Assembly: GCA_021811615.1 (NCBI GenBank)
Contig: JAJZNW010000087.1
Span: 2,263-66,262, forward strand
Reading direction: 5' to 3'
DNA: 64,000 nucleotides
Source of the DNA: Bacteroidota bacterium
GTDB taxonomy: Bacteria > Bacteroidota > Ignavibacteria > Kryptoniales > JAKASW01
Shown here: positions 47,925-57,597 of the stretch, piece after piece
Position numbering within the stretch: the stretch's first letter is position 1
Layout of the letters: each line of letters starts with the position of its first letter
Made by a program: the position numbers and the translations under genes
Notes under the pieces: model-generated
Seen by the model: only the letters and a program-made list of their open reading frames with translations
The model's database searches: none
Told to the model about the DNA's origin: nothing

Positions 47925-49319
47925 ATGAGCTCGACAAAGATCATAGCCGGCGGATATGGCTTTGTGTGCGATGAAGAGAACAGGAGCGGTCTCTTAAATA
48001 TCGCGGTCCGTTCGAATCTCATCGTGGAGGTCTCGAAGGACTTGGACGGCCTCAAGCGAAAATATCCTGATGCCGAAATTGTAGATGCTTCGAACAAGAT
48101 CATCCTCCCAACCTTTTTCAATTCGCATTTCCATCCCGAATCCATGGTCACTAGATTTGCCGAACCACGAATACCGATTTCGCAGTGGGCATCCGGGGAT
48201 CTTCTCCATTTGGAAACCGCGCTCGACTCGCAGGACGAGGATTTTTACGAGAAGATGTATCACCTGACATTCTTCAGTGCAATACAGAGCGGTGTGTCCG
48301 CCATTGCATTCTCAGTGATAGGAGATGAATCGGGCGCCAGAGGAATGTATTCTGCGATCAAGCTCACGGGGGTTGATGCCGTCGCCTTCGCGGAAGGCGA
48401 GCAGCAAATCGGCTTCCTAAGGAGGATCGTGGATCGGCATCTGAAATCGGGCGTATTCGTCCCATACCAGAAGGATCTTACACTTTTCAGCCTTAGTGCG
48501 GTGGCGAGAAACAATGCAGACTCCCCCGGATGGATAATGACACATGCCGATGAGGACCCTGCAGATACCGAGACCACCAGGTCCAATTTCAACTCCGGTA
48601 TAATTCAGCTTCTAAGAAAGAGCAAAATCCTCAACAGCTCCACGATACTTGTCGGATTAAACGGGACGCCTGCAGCCTCACTTAAAGTTGCCAAAACATC
48701 CGGGGCGAAGATCGTGATCATTCCGGAAAACATCAATGCGCAGACATTCAAATCGATCCGCAACATTTACAGGCAATTTGCAGTCGGGTCCAACTGGGAA
48801 ACGCCGGGAATGTTTCTACAAATGAAGAAACTGCTTGAACTCGGATGTGAACCAGGCCAGGCGCTGATGAGTGTCACTCGATCGGGGGCGGAGCTATTCA
48901 ACATGGGATCCAAGCTCGGGAGTATTGAGGGAGGCAAGGTGGCGAGTTTCACTTTCCTGGACGGGAGCAAACTTTCTGCAAGAAGGCTGGAGAAACTACC
49001 CGCAGAAGCGGCGGCGGGTGCATTCATAGAGGATTATTCCGATTCTGACGTCTCCGACGTTATGCTGGACGGAGAGTTCGTTTATAGAGACCGGAAACTT
49101 CTTCTATACGATATGGGTGAGCTTCTAAACGAGGAGAAAGAGCTTATGGAGATACTGATCGGACAGGGCGAGAGCGTCGTCCCTCCGGTTGAGCCTAAGC
49201 CTCCGGCGTTGAGGACCCAGGAGATCAATGTTGAAAATAATGCCGAAGCTGAACAGGAATCCAAGAAAGTAGAGCTCCCGAAGAACATACGAAAGGTTTT
49301 CGGAGAAGATGAATTCTAA
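47925..49319 (+). CDS. amidohydrolase-superfamily protein
   Basis: LPTFFNSHFHPES (HxH metal motif) after an N-terminal beta-rich segment. GGGAGG SD precedes ATG 47925. The C-terminal tail is acidic. Confidence 0.65.
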   Translation: MSSTKIIAGGYGFVCDEENRSGLLNIAVRSNLIVEVSKDLDGLKRKYPDAEIVDASNKIILPTFFNSHFHPESMVTRFAEPRIPISQWASGDLLHLETALDSQDEDFYEKMYHLTFFSAIQSGVSAIAFSVIGDESGARGMYSAIKLTGVDAVAFAEGEQQIGFLRRIVDRHLKSGVFVPYQKDLTLFSLSAVARNNADSPGWIMTHADEDPADTETTRSNFNSGIIQLLRKSKILNSSTILVGLNGTPAASLKVAKTSGAKIVIIPENINAQTFKSIRNIYRQFAVGSNWETPGMFLQMKKLLELGCEPGQALMSVTRSGAELFNMGSKLGSIEGGKVASFTFLDGSKLSARRLEKLPAEAAAGAFIEDYSDSDVSDVMLDGEFVYRDRKLLLYDMGELLNEEKELMEILIGQGESVVPPVEPKPPALRTQEINVENNAEAEQESKKVELPKNIRKVFGEDEF

Positions 49320-49331
49320 AAGGAGAATGAA

Positions 49332-50105
49332 ATGAGATTTAAGGCCCTTCTATTGGTACTTCTGACGTCATCGGTGGTGTTCGCTCAGAACGTGAACGGA
49401 AGTGCAGGGACCGCGGCAGGCGTCGAGGAGCAATATCTCGTCGACATGCCGACGGCCGGAATCCTCCACAGCGGCACGATAGAAATGGGTGTGAACTTCT
49501 ATGAAAACAGCGGCGTCCTTGTATCGCTCGAAGCGGGGGCGTTCAACCGCCTCACGTTTGGTCTGAGCTATGGCGGTACAAATGTGATCGGCTCTGGTCC
49601 GGTTGACTGGAACAATCTCCCCGGTGTGAATGTCCGGTTCAGGCTGATCGATGAGACGACGGATTTCCCCGCTATTACATTCGGGTACGATTCGCAGGGA
49701 AAGGATGCATACCTTTCCCAGTACAACCGTTATTTGTACAAGTCTCCCGGATTTTTCGCGGTCGCTTCGAAGTACTTCAACATGTTGGGGTATCTCGGCA
49801 TTCACGGAGGAGTCAACTACTCGATGGAGAATGGGGACGGAAATAAGAACATAAATTTCTTTGTCGGTGCCGACAAAACGATAGGGAGAGATATTTCGGT
49901 CGTTGCCGAATACAATTTTGGAATGAACGACAATTATCCGGACACTGCGATGCTTTCCAGGCCGGGGCCCGGTTATCTAAATGCCGGCATCAAGTGGAGT
50001 GTTGGTAACGGCTTCACAGTTGAGTTCGACTACAAGAACATTCTCAACCTCAGAAAAACCGGAAGTCTAAGGACAATAAGAATAGAATATGCCCAGTCTA
50101 TGTAG
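49332..50105 (+). CDS. secreted/outer-membrane protein, beta-rich, function unknown
   Basis: Signal peptide MRFKALLLVLLTSSVVFAQ and a Gly/Tyr/Asn-rich alternating sequence. It sits 12 nt after the amidohydrolase gene. Confidence 0.5.
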   Translation: MRFKALLLVLLTSSVVFAQNVNGSAGTAAGVEEQYLVDMPTAGILHSGTIEMGVNFYENSGVLVSLEAGAFNRLTFGLSYGGTNVIGSGPVDWNNLPGVNVRFRLIDETTDFPAITFGYDSQGKDAYLSQYNRYLYKSPGFFAVASKYFNMLGYLGIHGGVNYSMENGDGNKNINFFVGADKTIGRDISVVAEYNFGMNDNYPDTAMLSRPGPGYLNAGIKWSVGNGFTVEFDYKNILNLRKTGSLRTIRIEYAQSM

Positions 50106-50521
50106 AAGTGCGGAAGAACCACTCGGAAATCGGTTAAGATTAATTAATATTAAGGGTCACAGAAAAACCTTGCGTCGCTTTCTTTTGTTATAGAAATTGA
50201 AGCGAGGTTATTAGATGATGATTGCGGTTCTTATGTCGGCCTTCTTAGCGACCGGAAGAGTCAAAGGCGACACGCTTAGTACGAGGGGCCTTGCGAAGGA
50301 CTTTAGGATGTTCTATCATCCACCTGCGGTGTTTCTGAACCAATCTCAGAATGCGATGTGGGAAAGAAATATTATGCCCCTGATCTTCGTCTCTCCATTC
50401 GGTACCGGTTCCTTTCTTTACAGGTACGACGGTCAGCCTACGAGTCGCGGGTCAGAAATAGGGCCTGGTGGGATTAAGCGTAGCGACGAGAATTCGCGTC
50501 GAAAAAAATGAGGTGATTGCC

Positions 50522-52006
50522 ATGAAAACAAAGTTGGCGACTTTAGCACTTTCGCTCCTGGTCGTTCTCGGGATGTCGGGCTGTTACACCGAGTTTGCGG
50601 CCACTAGCGGCAATTACGGTGGCTACGGGTCATCGTACAGTTCCAGCAGTTCCGATACTTCTCAATACGGTTACAGTCCTACTTACTATGATTCGACGGG
50701 CGCTCCGCAGGTAAACCCAAATTACCCCAGCAGTGAATATGGATACGGTACCTTCGGCATGGGTGGTTACGGGTTCGGTAATCCGTGGCCCTATAACAAT
50801 TACGGCTTTTTCGGTCCTTCATACGGGTATTATCCTGGGTGGACTTACAGCATGTATTACCCCAGTTCGGCCTGGTGGCCGATGGACTCGTGGTCTCTAG
50901 GATTTGGCCTTAATTCATGGTATGGCGGCCCATACTCATATGGTGGTCTTGCCGGTTGGGGGAATTGGGACTGGAACTACTATACTCTGGGCTATCTGGG
51001 TGGGTACTATCCGTATAATTCATATTACGGAGGTTACGGTCCGTATTCTTCGTATTACCCATACTACTCCTCCTACGGAGGGACTGGCGTCGGATATCCA
51101 GCAAGGGCCAGGAACATCGGCGGCACGCGACTCGGACGTGACTACGGCAGCGGTGCGATGCCCGTTGGCAGCGGGACCGGGGCGGCTGTCGGTACAGCCA
51201 GCGGTGTGAGAGGAGAATCGGTAGGCGCGAATGGTTCCTCCGTTACCAGGACCAGGACAGGAGGTTCGGAGAACCCGGTGGGAGGGTATGGTACGGTCAA
51301 CAATGTAAATAACCGCCAGAGGGTGCGCGAGCGTGTCCCGAGATACACCCCGGCTGCACAGGGTAATCCGAACTCTGCCCCATCACCGGCGCAGCGCGGC
51401 AGGGCCAGCTATACTCCAGCATCTCAGCAGAATCCGAATCCGGCGCCGAATGCGCAGCCGCAGCAGCCGAATCAGCAGCCGCCTGTTAGACAGCGTGCTC
51501 CAAGTTATAACCCGCCTCCGCGGAACAATTCGAACCCGGCACCGAACTCTCAACCACAACAGCCGAGTCCGCAGCCACAGCCGCAGCCACGAGTTCGCGA
51601 ACAGGCGCCGAGTTATAACCCGCCGCCTCAGTACAATCCGCCTCCGCAGTATAATCCGCCGCCACAGTACAACCCGCCTCCACAGTATAATCCGCCGCCG
51701 CAGTACAACCCGCCTCCGCAGGCGCCGCCTCCGAGGATCAGGCATGAGTATTCATCGTACGAACTCGGCGCGATTCGAGCCCAGGCGTCGCAGCCAGTGC
51801 AAGAGGTGAGAGTGATCAGGGAGCGTTTCAACTATGCTCCACCGGTGCAGATAGCACGCGCCGGTCAGATGCCGAGTTTCAGGGAGAACGCGCCTCGTTT
51901 TGGTTACCGCGCCGCTTCGGCAATGCCGGCAATGAGAGAGTCAACTCCTTCCGCACCCCCGTCAAGGGGTGCGGTCGCCAGCGGGGGAGCGAGAGTGCGC
52001 CACTGA
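50522..52006 (+). CDS. low-complexity lipoprotein (Tyr/Gly/Ser-rich then Pro/Gln/Asn/Arg-rich repeats)
   Basis: GAGGTG SD and signal plus lipobox LVVLGMSGC. The extreme composition is visible in the translation, and only this frame is open across the whole region with a signal peptide. Confidence 0.7.
   Translation: MKTKLATLALSLLVVLGMSGCYTEFAATSGNYGGYGSSYSSSSSDTSQYGYSPTYYDSTGAPQVNPNYPSSEYGYGTFGMGGYGFGNPWPYNNYGFFGPSYGYYPGWTYSMYYPSSAWWPMDSWSLGFGLNSWYGGPYSYGGLAGWGNWDWNYYTLGYLGGYYPYNSYYGGYGPYSSYYPYYSSYGGTGVGYPARARNIGGTRLGRDYGSGAMPVGSGTGAAVGTASGVRGESVGANGSSVTRTRTGGSENPVGGYGTVNNVNNRQRVRERVPRYTPAAQGNPNSAPSPAQRGRASYTPASQQNPNPAPNAQPQQPNQQPPVRQRAPSYNPPPRNNSNPAPNSQPQQPSPQPQPQPRVREQAPSYNPPPQYNPPPQYNPPPQYNPPPQYNPPPQYNPPPQAPPPRIRHEYSSYELGAIRAQASQPVQEVRVIRERFNYAPPVQIARAGQMPSFRENAPRFGYRAASAMPAMRESTPSAPPSRGAVASGGARVRH
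51614..51721 (+). repeat. 6 x 18-bp in-frame repeat encoding YNPPPQ
   Basis: tat aac ccg ccg cct cag / tac aat ccg cct ccg cag / tat aat ccg ccg cca cag / tac aac ccg cct cca cag / tat aat ccg ccg ccg cag / tac aac ccg cct ccg cag. The peptide is identical across copies, but the codons differ synonymously. Confidence 0.95.
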
Positions 52007-52112
52007 TACTGCTCTTTGATATTGCCGGCAGATAAACCTGATCGTTCAGGCGTCCACCGGCAAAATTCTGTTGATTATTCTCTGAAGTGTTCACTAACCA
52101 GGCGGTAGCAGC

Positions 52113-53624
52113 ATGAAAAGCAAACTATTGATATTGTTCTCCTTCCTATTCCTGTTCTCCATTAATGCTTTTGCCCAATATCCCGAGGACGCGCTTAGAT
52201 TAGCAGAGGGCGGTTATGGCGTCAGTGCTAAATCCGTCGCGATGGGGAATGCCATGATCGGGTTGGCGCAGGGATTCGACGCGACCTATTTCAACCCTGC
52301 GGGATTGGCCCAGTCGAGACAATCCCAGGTCCAGATGGGATTGAATTTCATCGGCTACACCGACAACTCCACCTATCTGGGCAACAGTAATTCACTTTCG
52401 AGTTCACAGACAGATCTCTCCAGTCTCGGGTTGGTATATCCGTTCCCGACGACAAGGGGGAGTTTCGTAATTGCGTTCGGCTACAACCATGGACCGGACT
52501 ACAATGCAGCTCTGGCGGTAAGCGGGTATAATCCTAACAGTTCAATCATACCTTCGCTTTATTATCCGGGAGATACGCTCGCGGACATTGCCTATATGGA
52601 TTTCCTCGAGAACGCCAGCCAACAGCCTTACATCGATGGGAATGTTAACCAGAGCGGGAATGTCTACGTTTCCGGCGGACTGAGTAACTGGCTTGCTTCT
52701 GCCGGTTTGGATATCGCGCCTGAATTCTCTCTCGGACTTACGATAAATCTGATAAGCGGACAGTACAAATATGTCCAGAATTTTCAGGAGAACGGAGTTC
52801 CCGGCAACAATTACAATTCCACTTACTTCACGTCGTTCGGTTTGAAGAATGAGGACAATCAGAGCATCAGCGGGTGGAACGCGAAGTTGGGGATGATGTA
52901 TCGAGTACTTGACTCGGGGGGAAATACCATCGCCAGGTTTGGCGCGACCGTGGAGTTTCCAACTCTCCTTACGGTGAACGATAATTTTAGCTCGAATGGG
53001 ACAGCGTCTTTCGCGGCAGGCCCGCTCGGTCCTGCAGGATCATATTCATACGCAACAAGCAACGGTTACGGACAGAATGAATCGCCCTATCCAGGGCCTA
53101 CCCTGCAGTATGATGTGACGACTCCATTCAAGTTGGGCTTTGGCGTTTCAGGCGGGACTCCGCAGCTGCAGGCGGCGGCGGACATTCAATATGTCGATTG
53201 GACAGAATTGGCCTTCAGCAATTTCAATTTGCCGTCTGGTCAGAGTCCGGCCACAAATCTCAATGGCCAGATCAAGCAGCAATACCGCGCGACGACGAGC
53301 TTCAGGGCTGGAGTGGAATATGCACTGACGAATCCAAACTATTCGCTTCTGGTGCCATACTTGAGAGCAGGCGTAGGCTATTTACCATCTCCATATAGCG
53401 GTGATGGATCTGCCCAGGCTCAGAAGCTTGTCAGCGGAGGTATCGGTGTCAAGATCCAAAACACCATAGAGATCGATGTCGCTTATCAGTACGATTATTG
53501 GAATACTACGAGTCAGCTTTATCCAAGCACCGTCATAAACGGCATTACATACGCGTCGCAGAGTACGAGCAACGAAAAGATCACCAATACGAATTTCCTT
53601 TTCACGTTCAAGTATGATTTCTGA
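52113..53624 (+). CDS. outer-membrane beta-barrel protein (FadL/PorV-like, putative)
   Basis: Signal peptide ...SINAFAQ, N-terminal GVSAKSVAMGNAMIGLAQGFDATYFNPAGLA (compare the 11261 gene), and C-terminus NTNFLFTFKYDF. Confidence 0.7.
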   Translation: MKSKLLILFSFLFLFSINAFAQYPEDALRLAEGGYGVSAKSVAMGNAMIGLAQGFDATYFNPAGLAQSRQSQVQMGLNFIGYTDNSTYLGNSNSLSSSQTDLSSLGLVYPFPTTRGSFVIAFGYNHGPDYNAALAVSGYNPNSSIIPSLYYPGDTLADIAYMDFLENASQQPYIDGNVNQSGNVYVSGGLSNWLASAGLDIAPEFSLGLTINLISGQYKYVQNFQENGVPGNNYNSTYFTSFGLKNEDNQSISGWNAKLGMMYRVLDSGGNTIARFGATVEFPTLLTVNDNFSSNGTASFAAGPLGPAGSYSYATSNGYGQNESPYPGPTLQYDVTTPFKLGFGVSGGTPQLQAAADIQYVDWTELAFSNFNLPSGQSPATNLNGQIKQQYRATTSFRAGVEYALTNPNYSLLVPYLRAGVGYLPSPYSGDGSAQAQKLVSGGIGVKIQNTIEIDVAYQYDYWNTTSQLYPSTVINGITYASQSTSNEKITNTNFLFTFKYDF

Positions 53625-53651
53625 TGTGCATGAGTCGCATGGAGGTGTGAT

Positions 53652-54356
53652 ATGATACGCAGGATGATTCTCTTACTCCCGGTTCTGTTTTTCTTTGCAG
53701 GCGCCGCCGCACAGGCACAATTATTGGGAAGCGGGAGCGTTAAGGACAACTTTGGCTATGAAATGAAATCGTTTCGGAGTGCGCCGGTTGCTGGGCAGGA
53801 TTACTTGTTCAACGGCACCTCGCGATTTGCCAGACCAATGGGTGCGATAGCAGCGCCCGAATACTCGCCGGTGCTTATGAACGCCACTTCGCTGGGTGCC
53901 GGGGCAGTCGGAAGTTTCCCGTTGCGCAATGATCTTTTTCTCAGAATTTCACTCATCAGTCTTTATGAGCCGGTTTCTACCTTCGGGGCGATCCCCTCGT
54001 CCCAGGGTGTATTGTTGCCGGTAGAACTGGGTGTTAGAGTTCCGTTCGTACAATCGAGACTGAGTACGCTGGGGTACACGCTCTACGGAGAGGGTTCAGC
54101 GGGAATGCTCTTCGGCTGGGCCTTTCCGACCAGCGGGTCGTTCCTGAATTACTCGCTCCCGTACTCGAGGTTCACGACAGGAGCATCGGCCTATCTCGGC
54201 GTGGGGAACTCACTTCGCCTTGCCAGGTTCGTGGGATTGTACCTGAACGGCGGTGTCGGTTACTACAACTTCTTCTCGACGTCGTTCATGCCGCAAACGA
54301 GATACGTGGTACCTTCCGTCTCGGTCGGATTCCTTTTTAACTTTACGCAAGGGTAA
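53652..54356 (+). CDS. small secreted/outer-membrane beta-rich protein, function unknown
   Basis: Signal peptide LLLPVLFFFAGAAAQAQ, Gly/Ser/Leu/Tyr-rich alternating segments, and C-terminus VSVGFLFNFTQG. Confidence 0.45.
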   Translation: MIRRMILLLPVLFFFAGAAAQAQLLGSGSVKDNFGYEMKSFRSAPVAGQDYLFNGTSRFARPMGAIAAPEYSPVLMNATSLGAGAVGSFPLRNDLFLRISLISLYEPVSTFGAIPSSQGVLLPVELGVRVPFVQSRLSTLGYTLYGEGSAGMLFGWAFPTSGSFLNYSLPYSRFTTGASAYLGVGNSLRLARFVGLYLNGGVGYYNFFSTSFMPQTRYVVPSVSVGFLFNFTQG

Positions 54357-54421
54357 AGAGCAGCAAATCTTATCGAGCCTCTCTGTTGTTACATTGGCAC
54401 GCGCTTCGCTAAATTAAGCAG

Positions 54422-56842
54422 GTGAAACGGTTTAAGTTTGTTGCGGCGGTGAGCTCGCTTACATTATTCATAATACTCGTAAGCGTGATACTGTTGCTGA
54501 GGAAATTCGGAACTTCATCTCTGCCGCAGCTTGACGGGAGAGAGGCGGTGGCAGGGCTCGGTGGCACAGTCGAGATTCGCAGGGATAGTCTCGGTGTTCC
54601 TTATATAGTTGCGCACTCCGACTCAGACGCCTACTTTGCGCTCGGATTCGTGCATGCCCAGGACCGGCTGTTCCAGATGGAACTATACAGGCGCCTGGGG
54701 GAAGGTCGACTCAGTGAGATTTTCGGAAGCAAGCTCATACCGGTGGACGAGCTTTTCCGGACCCTGGGGTTCAAGCAGATGGCTGACTCCCTCTACAGAA
54801 ATTGCTCTCCGATAAGCAAGAACATACTCCGTTGGTACTCCGATGGTGTGAACGCGTACATTGCAAATGCCAAGACCTTTCCAGCAGAGTTCGCGATGCT
54901 CAAGTTTTCACCCGGACTATGGAAACCGCGTGACAGTTTCATCGTCGCGAGGCTGATGGCGTGGGAACTGAACATCTCCTGGTGGACCAAGCCGGTGTTT
55001 GGTGAGCTCTATGACAGCCTCGGAGCGCAGAAGGCGTCGCTTCTTATCCCGCTTTTCGCAGGTTCCAAAGGAAGAATCGCCGACGCATCGTATGGCATGC
55101 GTCGATCTGCGATCAGCGGTTTCATGAAGGCAAATTCTCAGGCATTTGCGATGTTGGGGGGAGCTAAGTCTCCCGACTGTTTCGGGAGCAACAATTGGGC
55201 GATCGCCCCGTCGAGGACGAATACCGGATCTGCGATCCTGTGTAACGACCCTCATCTCGCTTTCAGTGAACCAGCCAAGTGGTATCTCGTTTCGATCTCC
55301 GCCCCGAATTTGCACGTACTCGGGGTCTCACTCCCGGGCGCGCCGGGCATCGTGATCGGTAGGGACGACAGTATTGCATGGGGAATGACGAACGTCATGT
55401 CGGATGATTCGGATTTTTACATAATGCAGCCTGACTCTTCGAATTCCAATATGTATTGGTATAATGGAAAGCTTCTTCCTTTCATTACTTCTGAAGACAC
55501 TATCGAAGTAAAGGGAGCGACGCCGTATGTTTTCGTACGGCGCTCAACGATTCTCGGCCCTGTGGTAAGTGGAGTCATTTCCTCTTCGTATAAAATGACC
55601 TATGTCGGGAACGATGTGGCCGAGCCCGGGGGAATAGTCGCACTTCGTTGGAGTGCATACTGGCCCAGTGATGAAGTCAGATCGATGTACCTGCTCAACA
55701 CCGCGAACAATTTTGAGGAGTTTCTTGAAGCCCTGAGCTACTTCGGAGCGCCGGCGCAGAATTTCGTCTATGCGGATGTTGAGGGAAATATCGGCTACAA
55801 GGCGGCGGGCAATATCCCCCTCAGGCGTTACCCTTTGCCTTTCCTTCCCCAGTCGGGAAATTCGAGCAAGTTTGTCTGGAACGGTTTCATCCCGTTCAGC
55901 GCTTTGCCGGAAAGCTTTGACCCCACGGCGGGTTTTCTGGCTACTGCGAACAACCGCACAACGCCTGATAATTATCCTTACTACATCACTAACCTGTATG
56001 AACCGTCGTCGCGAATAGACAGGATAAGATCGTTCATAGAACAGCACGACACAATGAGCGTCGCCCTTTCCCGGCAGCTCCAGTTGGATTACTACTCCCA
56101 ATTTATGGTTTCCCTGAACCGGCATCTGCTTGCGGCATGCGATAGCATGAAGTATTACCCGAGGGAACTTGTGTACTTGAAAAATTTTGAAGGGACGATT
56201 AGCGCCAAGAGCACCGCCGCGACGATTTTGAATATGACTTTCGTGAACATGATGAGAAATGTTTTTGAACCGGTGATGGGGAAAGGACTCTACGACAGAT
56301 ATGTAGTGATAAGCAATGTCCCGACGAGGATACTGAGCAGCATGATGGATCGGCCTCAGCTGCTGGCACAACTATACGGGGTGTCGAACGGTGATAGCCT
56401 GCTCGATCTGGATCTAACTAGAAGCCTGGAAAGCTCGCTGCAGAAGCTGAGGGCGGAGTTCGGTCCGCATCCGATCGATTGGATGTGGGGAAGAATTCAC
56501 ACACTGGAGCTTGAGCACCCGCTCAAATCAAACGCGATCGTGAGGGCTATATACGACGCCGGTCCATTCCCGAGAGGCGGCAACAACACGACAGTGAACA
56601 ACGGCGAATATTCTTTCGACAAACCATATCACATGAAAGTCGGTCCGTCGATGAGGATGATCGTAGACATGAGTAAAGACGGGATGTATTTCAGCCTTCC
56701 CGGCGGGGAGTCAGGTCAAATCCTCAGTCCGTATTATTCAGACCTGCTTAGGAATTATCTCGACGGCAAGCTGACTTTTTTCCCGATCACGCTTCCAGGA
56801 AATGAAATTGCGCACCAATTGACATTATCGCCACACCGATGA
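54422..56842 (+). CDS. penicillin-acylase-family Ntn hydrolase (possible acyl-homoserine-lactone/beta-lactam acylase)
   Basis: GTG start and an N-terminal TM/signal helix. ALGFVHAQDRLFQME is followed by the autoprocessing/nucleophile motif GSNNWAIAP and then CNDPHL. Length is 806 aa. Confidence 0.88.
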   Translation: MKRFKFVAAVSSLTLFIILVSVILLLRKFGTSSLPQLDGREAVAGLGGTVEIRRDSLGVPYIVAHSDSDAYFALGFVHAQDRLFQMELYRRLGEGRLSEIFGSKLIPVDELFRTLGFKQMADSLYRNCSPISKNILRWYSDGVNAYIANAKTFPAEFAMLKFSPGLWKPRDSFIVARLMAWELNISWWTKPVFGELYDSLGAQKASLLIPLFAGSKGRIADASYGMRRSAISGFMKANSQAFAMLGGAKSPDCFGSNNWAIAPSRTNTGSAILCNDPHLAFSEPAKWYLVSISAPNLHVLGVSLPGAPGIVIGRDDSIAWGMTNVMSDDSDFYIMQPDSSNSNMYWYNGKLLPFITSEDTIEVKGATPYVFVRRSTILGPVVSGVISSSYKMTYVGNDVAEPGGIVALRWSAYWPSDEVRSMYLLNTANNFEEFLEALSYFGAPAQNFVYADVEGNIGYKAAGNIPLRRYPLPFLPQSGNSSKFVWNGFIPFSALPESFDPTAGFLATANNRTTPDNYPYYITNLYEPSSRIDRIRSFIEQHDTMSVALSRQLQLDYYSQFMVSLNRHLLAACDSMKYYPRELVYLKNFEGTISAKSTAATILNMTFVNMMRNVFEPVMGKGLYDRYVVISNVPTRILSSMMDRPQLLAQLYGVSNGDSLLDLDLTRSLESSLQKLRAEFGPHPIDWMWGRIHTLELEHPLKSNAIVRAIYDAGPFPRGGNNTTVNNGEYSFDKPYHMKVGPSMRMIVDMSKDGMYFSLPGGESGQILSPYYSDLLRNYLDGKLTFFPITLPGNEIAHQLTLSPHR

Positions 56843-57597
56843 GCATTCCGGAAGAGCTGCAGAAGATCCTCAAGAGTGCCAGGGAAGTAGTCGCTCTAAC
56901 CGGGGCTGGGATTTCAGCGGAAAGTGGCATACCGACTTTCAGGGGAGCCGACGGCCTGTGGAGCAAGCTTAGTCCAGAGGAGTTGGCCAGTTTCGATGCC
57001 TTTCTGAGGAATCCACAACTTGTATCGGAATGGTATGAGCACCGCCGGAAGATAGCGCGGGAGTCGAAGCCGAATCAGGCTCATATCGCCTTAGTCGAGA
57101 TGGAGCGGATTTTTCCGAGTTTCACGGTTGTTACGCAAAATATTGATAACCTTCATAAACGGGCGGGCTCAATGAAGGTTGCCGAGCTTCATGGAAACAT
57201 CGAACGGAACTACTGCCTCGGTTGCGGTAAACATTACGACGGTGAGGATTTCGACCGTAACAGGAATTTCAAATGCCCGGAGTGCGGCGGCCTGATCAGG
57301 CCTGACATAGTATGGTTCGGTGAGATGCTTCCGGTCGATCAGTGGGCCATGGCTGAGGAGGCCGTGCAGAGGGCGGAGGTGATATTCGTTGTCGGCACAT
57401 CATCGGTAGTATATCCTGCCGCCGAACTTCCGATGACCGTAAGAAGAAACGGCGGGAAGATAGTCGAAGTAAACATAGAAGAAACACCCCTGTCAAATAT
57501 TGCGGACTTCTCATTCAAGGGGTCCGCTTCCAGGGTATTGACTGAAATAACGGATCAAACTAAGGAGTTACGAGGATTTGCAAAAGATACAGAATAG
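56839..57597 (+). CDS. cobB: NAD-dependent protein deacylase (Sir2 family)
   Basis: LTGAGISAESGIPTFRG, VTQNIDNLH, Zn ribbon CLGCGKHY...CPECGG, and VVGTSSVVYPAA. Confidence 0.9.
   Translation: MSIPEELQKILKSAREVVALTGAGISAESGIPTFRGADGLWSKLSPEELASFDAFLRNPQLVSEWYEHRRKIARESKPNQAHIALVEMERIFPSFTVVTQNIDNLHKRAGSMKVAELHGNIERNYCLGCGKHYDGEDFDRNRNFKCPECGGLIRPDIVWFGEMLPVDQWAMAEEAVQRAEVIFVVGTSSVVYPAAELPMTVRRNGGKIVEVNIEETPLSNIADFSFKGSASRVLTEITDQTKELRGFAKDTE

Noticed and set aside
50215-50511. 98-aa plus-strand ORF (MMIAVLMSAFL...) with GAGG 7 nt upstream
   Set aside because: I did not list it as a feature. It has no recognisable motif and sits in the promoter/leader region of the low-complexity lipoprotein gene. 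It could be a real small protein, but I cannot support that from the sequence alone.
51333-51831. Arg-rich ORFs in alternative frames and strands of the Pro/Gln repeat region (158, 120, 65 and 67 aa)
   Set aside because: They are by-products of the CCG/CAG-rich repeat DNA. Only the chosen frame connects to a signal peptide and SD and stays open for 495 codons.
55544-56371. 275-aa minus-strand ORF
   Set aside because: It is an in-phase shadow of the penicillin-acylase-family gene.
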